Source of the DNA: Batkoa obscura
Lineage: Eukaryota
Length of the DNA: 64,000 bases
NCBI GenBank assembly: GCA_030770535.1
Contig: JASVEC010000021.1
Coordinates: 124,001 to 188,000 of the forward strand
Direction of reading: 5' to 3'
Of the stretch, positions 38,132 to 50,242 are shown piece after piece (the first letter of the stretch is position 1; each line of letters opens with the position of its first letter). A model generated the notes under the pieces. That model was not told where the DNA came from. It ran no database searches and worked only from the letters and a program-made list of their open reading frames with translations. A program made the position numbers and the translations under genes.

Positions 38132-39156
38132 ATAGAATTAAAATAAAAATTTATTTTTTAAATACTTTTTTAAAGCTTGAAATTTTATAAATAAAAGCAT
38201 TGTTTATTTAAACAACGTGGAAAAGTTGGTGGTGAAATTGATATGAAATATAAGCCGGAAATTGTTAAGCTATTGAATTTGGAAGGATAGTGAATTACTT
38301 TAAAATGATTATCTTGAAAGAAATCTACTTGATTAAGGCAAAAAAAAGCTTTAGTAAGTTGCTTGAATATTATTATACAAACTAATAAAAACATAGGAAA
38401 ATGCGAATAAGAAAACTGAATGAGTAATTATAGCCATGAAACTATAGAATGATTTTAACGATATTTGAAAGCTCAACTTAATAAGTTAGAAGAGTGAAGC
38501 AAGGCTCTATAAATAAAAGTAGTAAATCAGTAAGTATAAATAATACCCAACACTCCTTCTAGAAGAAAATAAGTAATAAGTAGTTTAAACAATATAAACA
38601 AACAAACAAAAAAAGCGGAGAATAAATGCTGAGTATAGAGAATAGGTAATTTGTTACTAAAAATAAAATCTAAAAAAGGTGTTCTCTCGAAAAAAATGCT
38701 CTTCAATCCTATCTTCAATTGAGATTATTATTTCTTTAGCTTTTAATTACTCACTTGATGATATGGAATTAAAGTATTTTAAAATATAAAAATAGTTGCT
38801 TTAGTTATATAATAATTATAGATTTTATTTAAATTAAAACTACACTATTAAAAAAATTAAACTAATAACTATAGTTAATGTTATTCTAACTAATAAAATT
38901 GATCATTTTTTAACTAATGCATTTCTTATGTTATTTTATAAAATAGTATATTAGGAATAATTATAAACCTTAAATATTTTTAAAAAAATTAAATAAACCT
39001 TAAATCAAACAATCATTGTATATTGTTTATCAGTTTTTAATAAAAATGGTTATTTAATAAATACAATCAATATTTAAGAGATTATATAAGATAATATAAT
39101 ACTGATATAATATTAATATAATAGCTGATAAGTTATATTTAGTTATGTTTAATAAA

Positions 39157-39259
39157 TATGGGGATGTTTTTTTTATCTCACTATTTTCCCATTTTTTAAA
39201 CGCTATTTGAATGGAAAAATTGTTAGTATAATTCTTAAACAAAAAAATACATCCCCATA
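39157..39259 (+). mobile_element. MITE family 1 copy (perfect TIRs)
   Basis: TATGGGGATGT...ACATCCCCATA|TA. Confidence 0.9.
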
Positions 39260-39455
39260 TACTAGTATATAAAACATAAATATAGTTATTATTTTAATTT
39301 TAATTTTAGTATTTGATTAGTAATTTTTTAACTTATATATAATCAATGATATAATATATAATATAGTACATAATATAATATGATATAAACTAACAGAGAA
39401 ACAATTGTATATATAACAAAACTGTATAAAAAACTAGCTGAGGATAAATCACCAC

Positions 39456-39465
39456 ATGACGTCAT
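39456..39465. promoter_or_regulatory. Palindromic CRE/ATF-type site ATGACGTCAT ~120 nt upstream of the Clr4-like start
   Basis: Perfect 10-bp palindrome in otherwise GC-poor DNA. Confidence 0.45.
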
Positions 39466-39584
39466 AATCCAAAATTAGCACTTCCGTATATAGGAATAAT
39501 TCAGATAAAAGATAAAATAGATAATAGAGTATGGTCTTACATCATATATTATTTTAAATTTTTTTAATTGTATTTGTAAATAAA

Positions 39585-41629
39585 ATGTTTAAATCAAAAA
39601 TTAATTATAATAACATTTTTACTAATGCTCAAATTGATATAGCTATAATACCTTCTCCTAATTCTTTATCTAATCCAGCTAGGTAAATTAGTTAAGTTTA
39701 TTATTGTTATTATTATTACTATTAAAGTTTAGTTCTGAATATACACCTACTTTAAGTGTAAATAAATTAAATATTATTAAAATTAAAGACCAGTTTAATA
39801 AAGTTAAAAGATGTTTTGATAGTTTTAGAAAAACTATTAATATAGATGTAAAATTTTTATTAATACTTATAATAGCTAAACTCTTTAATTTAGGTAAAGT
39901 CTCAGCTAAGTAAAAGTATCTCTTTTTTTAAATTAACAACTATTAAGTCAAAAAGAAATGCTTTAATAACAGCATGCTTAGCATTTACTAATTCTTTTGC
40001 TGCTAATAGCGAGATAAGTTTGGATGATTCATTTTTATCAAGTGCAAGTAAGTTTGCATTGAGTATTATTAGCATTTATGAAGGGGTCTTGTATTTATTT
40101 AAAGATGAAGACAAGTTGAGTGAAATGGGAAAGGTTGTTGAAGCTAAAAGCAATGCAAATTTAAAACTCAAAATTTTAACTGAGATTGTATCTATGAATA
40201 AAGGTAATTAAGAGTACTTGAAGCACCACTAATATACTTACTTACATCTTACATAGATGCTTTAATGCTTGATTTGCAGATTTCGATCTGCCTGATGATA
40301 AAGATCAAAAACTTATCAGAGGAGCAGCCTACCATTGTGTATGATCCTAATGAGGTTTATGAGGTATTTTATCTCGATTTTTTTGACTTCAAAACTAACC
40401 TTTTTAGGTAGATATGATCATAGCTAAAAGAGATTTTAAGGTAAGTTTTGCAAAATATTTGAGGTTAAATGTAACTTTAAATATAGGATACAAAACAATT
40501 TTTAGTAAAATGGAAAGGGTACAGTAAGGAATTCGATACATGGGAACCCGAAGAAGCATTGAAAGGCTCTGAAGAATCTATTACTGCGTTCAACACCTTT
40601 GTTAAATTCTATTACAATCATCATTTTGCATCAAAAAGACAAAACCAAGTGTTAAAGGAAATTGAGGTAAGAAATTTAACCGTATATATATTTTTATTAA
40701 TATTTTAGCATCCGCTTTTGGATTTGGACTTAGCAAATCCAACATTGTTTGTTATTCCGGAGAATATTCAAAAATTCATGGGGATATTGTCTAAAGATGA
40801 AGGCCCTATCATTACTGTTATTAATGAAATTGATGACGTTGGGCCTCCTATCGATTTTGATTATATCAATGAAAGTGTGCCAATGTGTGAAATCCCAGAT
40901 AAACATTATATAACTGGTAATTTATGTAAGTGTAAAAAAGCATGCACTATTGGAAAAGGTGGGGTGTGCCCATGTATAAAACATAATGGAGGGTTTATAC
41001 CATACTCAGATACAGGATTACTAGTATTAAAACCACATATGTCTATATATGAATGTAGCTCAAAGTGTAGCTGCGATGATAGGTGTCAATTTAAAGTTGT
41101 CCAAAAGGGGAGAAAAGCTGATGTTCAAATCTATAAAACTGAAAAAAAAGGATGGGGGGTAAGAGCATTGGAAAGGATTCCTAAAGGAAGTTTTATATGT
41201 GAATATGTCGGGGAAATTATTACAACTAAAGAAGCAGATAAAAGGGCAGAAAAATGTGAAGAAACTGGGTTGAACTATCTTTTTAATTTAGATGGTGAAT
41301 TTGGGTCAGTTGAGGAAACTGAATATGTAATTGATGGGCAATATAAGGGAAACCTTTCTCATTTTTTTAACCATTCGTGTGATCCTACTTTAAAAGTCCA
41401 TCCTGTTTTTATTGAAAACAAATACATAGGCTTACATAGGTTAGCCTTTTTTGCTAATAAAGATATTGATCCTTTAGAAGAGCTTAGTATAGATTATACC
41501 GGTGGGATTGATCATAACTTAAAAAACCAAGAAAATAATAAAAAGGTAAAATACGACAATTCAGAGTCCAACTTAAAGCACAAATGTCATTGTGGTGCAG
41601 CTAACTGTAAAGGCTATTACTTCCAATAG
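39585..41629 (+). CDS. clr4: Clr4/SUV39-type histone H3K9 methyltransferase (N-terminal extension, chromodomain, pre-SET, SET, post-SET; about 7 exons)
   Basis: Chromo YEVDMII...FLVKWKGY..EFDTWEPEE; Cys-rich pre-SET; GWGV, FICEYVGE, YLFNLD, SHFFNHSCDP, ELSIDY, CHCGAANC; 5' exons join in frame via introns 39683-39732 and 39848-39893 (start less certain). Confidence 0.9.
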
Positions 41630-41755
41630 TCTGGTGTTATAATAATAAATATATTAAAATCATGCTTTTTGATAACTTGTTAAAGATAAAAAGCAAGATT
41701 GAGTTTGTTAAAAATTATTTCTAATTTTTTAATAAATACAAAATACTGATTTGTA

Positions 41756-41859
41756 TATGGGGATATATTTTTTTGTTTAAGAAATTTTACTAACAAATTT
41801 TCCACTCAAATAGTGCCTAAAAATGAAAAAAGTAATAAAGCCAAAAAAACATCCCCATA
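41756..41859 (-). mobile_element. MITE family 1 copy (reverse)
   Basis: TA|TATGGGGATAT...ACATCCCCATA|TA. Confidence 0.9.
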
Positions 41860-42262
41860 TATTGAAATGTATATTAAGTTTTTAAACTAAATTATATTTT
41901 TTTATTAAATAACCAAAAAAAAAACAATAATAATAGTTTATCTAAGTTTAACAAACTGAAACTTGTTTTAAAATAATTAATTTATAAAATAGTTTACAAC
42001 TACAAATAATATAAAAATATATGCATTGAATAAAAATAATAAAAAACAAGATTTTGTTCAAATATAATAACATAACTGCTAATCCAAGACAAACTATAAA
42101 TTATTTTTATAGCTTTCAAATAAAAAAATTTACCAAAATGAATAATAATAAATCTGTATTCTTAATTTCTAAAATAATTTTGTATTTAAAATTGATTTAA
42201 AAAATAAATTTAAGTTTTTTATTGATAATAGAATTTTTAATTTTCAAAGCTAAAAAACATCA

Positions 42263-42369
42263 AATGGGGATGAATGATTTTTTTGGTTTCATTACTTTTT
42301 CCATGTTTTAAGCGCTATTTGAGCAGAAATATTATTAGTAAAATTCTTAAATAAAAATACATCCTCGAA
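42263..42369 (+). mobile_element. MITE family 1 copy
   Basis: ATGGGGATG...AAGCGCTATTTGAG...ATACATCCTC. Confidence 0.8.
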
Positions 42370-42429
42370 TTTTACACTTCCCTTTGCAATGAAAATTCAA
42401 CATATTTGACTGTTTCTGTTTTATCATTA

Positions 42430-42534
42430 TATGGGGATGTATTTTTGGATTTAAGAATTTTACTAATAATGTTTCCGCTCAAATAGCGCTCAAAGGATGG
42501 AAAAAGTGGTGAAATCGAAAAAAATATTCTCATA
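42430..42534 (-). mobile_element. MITE family 1 copy (reverse)
   Basis: TA|TATGGGGATGT...CTCAAATAGCGCT...ATTCTCATA. Confidence 0.85.
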
Positions 42535-42538
42535 TCAT

Positions 42539-42917
42539 GATTTTTCGAAAATAATTTGACTTTTTTTACACCACAAGCGATAAAAGTAATCAACTGCAAT
42601 TATAAAGCCAATTTTTGCAAAGCTATGGATAATTATCAGCAGAAATGAATTCCAATTAGAAAAATAATATTAAGAGTTAAATAGTTCTCCTATATAATAT
42701 TAGTTAATCTCCTGAGCACTTGTTATAAATCAATGATAAAGTAGTCAATGTTTTATTGGTGATTATAGAATATAATTGATTTTTTGAAACGGAAATAAAA
42801 TAAAATTTATTAAAATTATCCTTTATCAAAGGTTTAAAAAAATGAGATAACTATTGTAACCCTATGGCCAGCTACCTTTAGCATAAACCAAAAATATCGA
42901 ATTACTTTAGAAAAATC
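42539..42917 (+). mobile_element. MITE family 2 copy (no nested insertion)
   Basis: TIRs GATTTTTCGAAAATAATTTGAC / TCGAATTACTTTAGAAAAATC; interior AAAAGTAATCAACTGCAA and TAAAGTAGTCAATGTTTTATTGGTGATT match the 18-kb copy. Confidence 0.75.
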
Positions 42918-43245
42918 CAAATATATACTCAGAAGTATTGTGTTATCTCTTTATGGATTTCACTATATAATGTAGATATTATAAATAGCATTATAAAATA
43001 ACAGTTTACTTATAGAATCGGTTGTTTAAACCTAAATTATATAGAAACGTTGTACATCAATTACATGTTTTATATCAAATTTATTAACGCTAGTTAACTT
43101 TCATTATTACTACTATTATTGTAAATGTATATTGTAATCAACTATTATTTGTACTTAATAACAATGTTTATTATTAATGCCAAATAATCTTAGAATAATA
43201 CTTATAAAAAGTTTTTATTTTTTAAATAATTGATTTACTAGACCT

Positions 43246-44400
43246 TTAAGCACCAATTTTTTCCTTAAGGTATGAAACTAATTTAACATTATCAGCATGG
43301 AATTTACGGATACCTTCTGAAAGTTTTTCAGTGGCCATAGGATCTTCGTTGAGTTCGAAACGGAATGTCTTTTCATCATAAGATACCTTTTCAATCTTTT
43401 GAGCTGAAGCTTTATCAGCTGAAAGGACTTGTGGGAGTTGTTTGTTGTCTTTAGCTAATTCAGCTAAAAGATTTGGTGAAATGGTAAGATAATCACAACC
43501 AGCTAATTGTTCAATTTCACCAGTGTTACGGAAAGAAGCTCCCATAACAATAGTATTGTAACCATGTTGTTTATAGTAGTTATAAATACGTTGTACTGAG
43601 AGTACACCTGGATCTTCAGTAGCGGTGTATTCTTTCTTTTGGCTAGCTTTGTACCAATCTAAGATACGACCAACAAATGGTGAGATTAAAGTGACTTTAG
43701 CTTCAGCACAGGCAACGGCTTGAGGAAAACCGAAGAGAAGAGTAAGATTGCAGTGAATATCGTATTCAGCTTCAAGCTTCTTAGCAGCTTGAATACCTTC
43801 CCAGGTAGAAGCAATCTTGATTAAAATTCTATCTTTAGAGATGCCGGCTTCTTTATAAAGTTCAATTAAACGAAGTGCTTTCTTGATGGTAGCTTCAGTA
43901 TCAAAGGAAAGCCTTATAATTTGATTAGTTTAAATAGAATTCAACAACTTAATAACTTACTTGGCATCTACTTCAGTAGAAACACGTCCTGGAACTACTT
44001 TTAAAATTTCAGTACCAAAGTTAACAAGCTAAATTCATTAGTTTTTTGTTTAAAATGACATAAAAGTTATTTACTAATTTGTCAGTAGCTAATTCAAGTT
44101 GTTCTTCTGGGGTGCTAATAGATGGTTTGAGTAAAAGTACAACATAGATAGATAGAATTAGTTTACCTAGCCTTAGACTTAGCATATTTAATAGCTTCAT
44201 CGATAAGATGAGCATATTGTGGCTTTTGTGAAGCAGCGAGGATTAAAGAAGGGTTGGTGGTGGCGTCAGTTGGTTTGTATTCAGCAATAGCTAGACAAGA
44301 TAAATATATGAAAATATATAAGACTATTAAGCTTACCTTCGAAGTCACCAGTGTCGGCCACAACGGTGGTAAATTTTTTGAGTTGTTCAAGTACAGACAT
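43246..44400 (-). CDS. TAL1: Transaldolase (multi-exon)
   Basis: [61 protein letters not shown]. Confidence 0.98.
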
Positions 44401-45273
44401 TGTTTATAATAAGTTATAAAGTTTTAAAATAAACTAAAAAGTTACAAACTTTTTTGTTTATATACTAGTTGGCTTGCTTATTATTGATGATGAAATTGTT
44501 TTTGATATTATTTATTGCTTACCAATCGCTTTATTAACTTTATCTTATTGGCTAATAGGTTAATTGACAATTTGTTACTGCTTTATACAAATATAGCAAC
44601 TTTAATTACAATCAATATTTAATCAATAATGTTAGTTACTGTTTATATAAAAAATAGCACATATAGTAGAATAAGGATAAACATACATCAAAGTATTACA
44701 TATATAATATATACCTTTGAAAAAATTGAATTCAAAATACTTTTAACATCTACTTCTATTTACAGCATTACTTTCTATTGTAATATTATACCTTCATCTG
44801 GTAAAATGATTGGCTTAGAATGTATCTATTTTCATTATTGTTGTTTGTAATAAAATTTAATTATTTTTTACAGGATAAATTCATGTGTGTATTCTATTAT
44901 TAAGCGATAGCAAATTTATAGTTTTATTCTATTTTTTTTGCTTTTGTTGTTCTATATTACATAAGCATAAATACGACTTGAAATAAATGATAAAGTAACT
45001 TCATAAGCTATTTGGACTGCGTTAAAACGTTATTAAAGGCTCTAGTTTCTTACTCTAATTATATTGCTTGTTTTCAATATCATAATCTTTAAGTATGAAT
45101 AATAATGAAAATTCTTTTTATTTTAGCCTATATTTTTAAAAAATGAAATTAGAAATTGGAAAATGATTGGAAGGATTGAGCCAATAATAAAGCTTTTACT
45201 TTCCTAAGAAGTTTAACAATAATAGTAAACTACTTTGATAAAAGTTAACATCGCTAGCTATTAAACCGAAAAA

Positions 45274-45682
45274 ATGGACGCAGTATTGCAAGAACAAAAA
45301 GAAAAATACATAAAACAACATTGTGAATTAAGAAACTTATCATATGAAGAAATATTTAGCGAAGAACCAACCAAAAATTTATTGATTTTAAACTTGGGAT
45401 TTAGTGGTGAAAATGCTGCAACTATGGAAACTGTTAAAGAAGTGATTTCCCCTGTCATTGGTTCTGAAAGAGTAGTTGCTAATATGAGCTGGGTAAGGAT
45501 TTTTTCATATATCTATTGTACAATTTGACTTATTTCTATAGCCATATATGTATGTAGTATATTCCCATGTTGAATTAGCTATAAATGCCATGGAAGAGTT
45601 TGATGGGGTTGCATTTAAAGCTATTGGTGATAGAGTATTATTTACCAAATACGTTCATGAGCCTCAAAAAGCATTCGATTAA
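45274..45682 (+). CDS. Stand-alone RRM protein (119 aa) resembling the ALKBH8 N-terminal RRM (intron 45493-45541)
   Basis: IFSEEPTKNLLILNLGF...W|PYMYVVYSHVELAINAMEE..DRVLF aligns by eye with the RRM of 32178-33433. Confidence 0.8.
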
Positions 45683-46075
45683 ATAGAAATAAATTAAAAA
45701 ATAGAAAATAATAAATGTAGGTATTTAAATTAAATGTAAATAATTAGCATTTTAAATTAAGATAGTTATTTATAAATAAATATAACATATATGAACAATA
45801 GCCCTTTTACTTTATTATTGAATTTAGTAAAATATAATGTAATGTTAGATCCATATTTCTTGTTCAATTAGTTTGTCTATTTATCTACAACATAGATGTT
45901 AAACGGCTTATTAAACAAATCCTTAAATGTTTATTTTTTAATAGTTATACCATTATATTAATACAAATCATACTAAATTTATGATACAAGAATTTATCGT
46001 AATACATTTATTTTTATTCACACTTTACTTTGATAAAAAAGAGAATCAAATAAACTCAAATAGGAAGGAGTTAAA

Positions 46076-46803
46076 TTATAAAAGTTTAGCAATATCTTCA
46101 CCAATAGCCTCTGGCTTAGCAATGGAAGAATAGCGCTCAATGACTTTACCTTCCTTATTAATTAAGAATTTCTATCATAATTTCAACATTAATACAAAGC
46201 TTATTTAATTAATTTTGTGATTTTACCTCGAAGTTCCATTTAATACGAGTTAAACCTAATAAGCCTGATTTTTCATTCTTTAAGAAGTCATAAACTGGAT
46301 GAACATTGTCTCCATTAACCTCTCTAAAAAAAACAAAGATGATAAAAAAAGTACCTACTAAGATAAATTAAAAACACTTACACTTTTTCCATTAATGGGA
46401 AAGTGACACCATGATTTAAACGGCAAAATTCTTGAATCTCATCATTAGTTCCAGGTTCTTGACCGCCGAATTGGTTACATGGAAAGCCTAAGATAACTAA
46501 ACCCTTATCTTTATATTCTTGGTAGACTTTCTCTAAACCATCATATTGAGGTGTGAAACCACACTTACTGGCTACATTAACGATCAATACAACCTTTGAA
46601 AAATAATGTGTTTATTATAATACAGATAAATACAAAACAAAGCTTACCTTATCTTTAAAGCTGGAGAACTCTACAGTTTCTCCACGGTTATTTTTAGCGG
46701 ATAGATCATAAAAAGATGGCATAGTGGCTTTGGTTGAATACTTACAAATGAACTTAAATTTTAAGTTGGATTTAAATGTGTTTAAAATAAATTGAGTTTT
46801 CAT
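46076..46803 (-). CDS. Cys-type glutathione peroxidase (Gpx/Hyr1-like; 4 exons; second in-frame ATG at 46722)
   Basis: [39 protein letters not shown]. Confidence 0.95.
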
Positions 46804-47761
46804 AAAAGTTGCTTTTATATGTTTTGTTGAGATTTCCACTTTACTTCACCCTCGCCTTTTATTCTTAATTGTTAGAATGTAACTCTATAGATTAAACTTC
46901 ATTGGCTAAGCTCAGTCATTGCTTACGTTCTAGGTTTTACTTGTTATAAAAATCGAATCAGAAAAATAAATTTAAATTAGTTAATAAAATAGTATGTGGA
47001 TACATTTTTTTAAGAATTTAATTAAAACTAATTAAGTTTACGTTGGATAAAAAGTGGATACAAATACTGGGGCAAAAAGTACTTACCATGTATTGTAACA
47101 TTAATAACTATATATTATGCTTAACATTTACATTATAGATATTAGACTTTATTAATATAATGAAATGACATAATGAATTGGATTATTAATTGAAGAAATT
47201 ATCATTTGATGATTGGATAATAAATAGGTAGGGTAAATAATCGGAGTGACAAAGATAAGGGATGTAACATTTGAAAATTATATAATCAATTTAAGAATAA
47301 AATTGTATTATTTTTATTTATAAAGGTTTAAAAGTAATAAGTTAATAGGTTTGATAAAGCTGTAAAATGCCATCAGATTAAAAGTGACAGATTAAATGAA
47401 GCTATCAATTAACTATATTAATGAAAGTCATTTTAAGTTTTTGATGGCTAATTCTATAAATTAAGGGTTATTACTAATCAAAGCTACTAAAGTGACAAGG
47501 AATAGATTGACTAAAAAAAGAAAATAAGAATAATATTGGAATTCTTTTACTAACGGTAAAACTCGGTTCTATTTTATTCCTGTTTATATTATTAATTTCA
47601 TTTTATTTTAGTTATATTAAAGTATTAAATCTAGCTGATATCACTGTCTAAAAAATGCTTGGGCTTTACTAATATAATAGCTGATACTTAAATTTAGACG
47701 ACTTTAGATGGCATGTGATTAAATAATTTACATGTTTTTTATTTGCTCTTGCTATAAAAAT

Positions 47762-48839
47762 TTAACTATTAGTATTATAAGGAGGCGGACAATGGGCAGG
47801 CGAGGTAGCAGAAGGAGTATTTGGGCAAGTGGAATCTGAAAAGAAGGAATTTGTCTCCCTTGGAGAAATAATAGACATATCAGATGAATAATTTTGATAC
47901 GAAGGTGGAGGTACAATTAAATTATTAGGTTGGGATAGACCATAATTTCTTGAATTTGCGCTAATTAAAACAAACCCAACTTGTCCAAAATTGTATTCAA
48001 TTGTACATGGGCCATCGGAGTAAATTGTTGGATAAAGTAAGGTCTCTTCATGAGCTTCAAATACAATCCTTGGATACCTTCTGCCATTTCGGGTGTAAAA
48101 TACCCGCTCTTTGTTTGGACGATACCCGCATCCAAGAATATCCCCAGGATAAAGTTTATTGCCGTATTCATGTGTGAAATCGGATATTATTAATTCACCT
48201 GATTTTATAGAATAGGAAATTGAATTTTTTATTCTACCTAATAAAGAAAATGGGGTTAAAAATATGTCGTGTTATAAAATATTGTATTGGTTTTATGCTA
48301 TTATAATTACTAAATTAAACTACTATTATGTATTATTATTGAATTAATGAATTACCTGGCATATTGTTATTACTTATATCTTTTGGCGCAATACCAATAA
48401 ACAAGTTAGTTGTTTCTGGTAGCTCTATAACTTTTATCTCAAAATAGCAGTTCTCTTTTAGTTGTGGAAAAGGTTCAATAGTTTGAATACAACACGGCTC
48501 GTTAAAATGTAATTCTCTCTCTCCTACCATCGATACTTTATCAATTAAATTGCTATTTACTGTAAATAACCATGTGTCTTCTTGGGTTCCATTGTTAATT
48601 GTATCGAGTACTCTTGGGGTTATAGGGTCGATAGTTATAGTTATGTCTTCTTGTTGTTCAGTTAATAAGTTAATTGCGTTTGCGTTAGTCATTGTAGTCA
48701 TTGTATTTGCTTCTAAATTAGCCTGTTCACCGATTGCCGTGTTATTTTTATTATTTTTCCTTAATATTCTTATGAATTGGACTAAAATTAATAGGATACA
48801 TATCCCTCCGAATAATAAAAATAAAGTGACTAAATCCAT
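47762..48839 (-). CDS. Ssh4/Ear1-like single-TM SPRY-domain protein with PPxY motifs (2 exons)
   Basis: N-terminal TM; YFEIKVIE...IGIA..MPG|..GDILGCGYRP..VFYTRNG..YPTI..NFGQVGFV; tail with PPSY and PPPY. The track ORF 47965-48171 is the wrong frame. Confidence 0.85.
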
Positions 48840-49972
48840 TTAAGACAGTTAAGGGTTAGTTAGAAATGATTTATTTACAAAATTATAAAAGTGAAAAAAA
48901 TAAAAATCAAATATTGCTTTAAATATCTTCATATTATTATTTATATTTATTTTATAGAATTATTAGAAACCTTGGTTTCATTGTTTAGCTAATAATTAGA
49001 TATTTTTTAGTGCTTGAAATTTATCTTAAAATTAATCAACAGAATAGTTTAAGGTAGAGATGATTATGTATCAAATAAAAGCGCTAGATATTATAGGATA
49101 CTAACATTTAATTGGAAGCTTAGATTGAAAACCATCGTTTTTGGAATGGCAGGGTGGAAAGGAAATTAATAAAAATGATAAATTAATGATCAACACCCTC
49201 ATTTTTAAGCAGTTTATTTGTTAGTATTGGCCTCTCAATTTAAGTAAAGCCTCAATTAAATATTTTATGGCTTTATTCTTTATTTTAACTTATAAAGTGG
49301 CCATTAGTCTATGACGAGTCCAATATCTCCAATAATTAGTTCTCTTTTTGTTGTCTCTTACATAAGTAAGCTTATTGCCAGTCTTTTGGCACGGGATGTA
49401 TTTGTGTCTTAAATTTGATATTAAATATAGGGTTGTTTTATATATTAGCTTTTTTAAAAATATAAAATAAACTTCATAAATTTATTTAAGGTTTAGTCCA
49501 ACTTTAAATAAAACTAGTTTTAAAATGAAGGCCCCCCACTGTAATTTAGTAAACAAAACTCATAAAGGAATCATTATGATGCTACTTACTGTGCTAAATT
49601 GAAGATATGAAATACTCAAAATATAAATTATTATCTAATTATATTTAATCATTTAAAAGTAAGATAGTGAAACATTAAAGATAAGGGATGTCTTTTTCGT
49701 TTCAATATTTATCCAATATTTGTTAAATTTTATGCTACATAAAAAATAAACAAAATACTGAAACAAAATGATAGTCTTTTAAAATTTTTCTAGAAATAGT
49801 TAAAATCAAAAATATTTGAAAAGCAACATATTGAATATTAAACAAACACATTGAAAATATAGAGAGATTAAAAAACTAAAAAACATGAATTATAATCATA
49901 TTGTAGCTCAAGATCAAAAATAATATTAAAATCCTAATAAAAACTTTATTTTTATTTCCACTTCATTAGCCA

Positions 49973-50242
49973 TTAAATACCTTTACAAATCAAATAAGTA
50001 TTAGTAGGATCGACATCTAGACCACAGATATAACCTAAATCTTGCATAACGTTAAACATTTCTTTTTGTTTTAATTTAACTTGAATACACTCCTGTGTTC
50101 TTTGTAAATGATTCTTAGTTGTATCCGGATTCACCCTACATATAACCCCCCTTTTATCGTCTAAAATGTACTTGGATTTTGGTGATTGTTGAATGAACTC
50201 CCTAATATTTGGGGTTTCGGAAGACACTGTATTGTTACTCAT
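49973..50242 (-). CDS. Hypothetical 89-aa protein
   Basis: ATG in AAAA context, GC above flanks, balanced composition; no family recognised. Confidence 0.6.
   Translation of the reverse strand: MSNNTVSSETPNIREFIQQSPKSKYILDDKRGVICRVNPDTTKNHLQRTQECIQVKLKQKEMFNVMQDLGYICGLDVDPTNTYLICKGI

Noticed and set aside
38200..38720. Purine-rich stretch resembling decayed coding or TE sequence
   Set aside because: Many stops, no recognisable motif, no second copy in the window.
46559..46564. Selenocysteine in the glutathione peroxidase (some Zoopagomycota use Sec)
   Set aside because: The active-site codon is TGT (Cys), not TGA.
46992..49545. Isolated TIR-like fragments (TATGTGGATAC at ~46993, TACTGGGGCAAAAAGT at ~47065, GGGATGTATTTGTG at ~49394, GGCCCCCCACTGTA at ~49530)
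   Set aside because: No convincing partner ends or internal homology; at most very old remnants.
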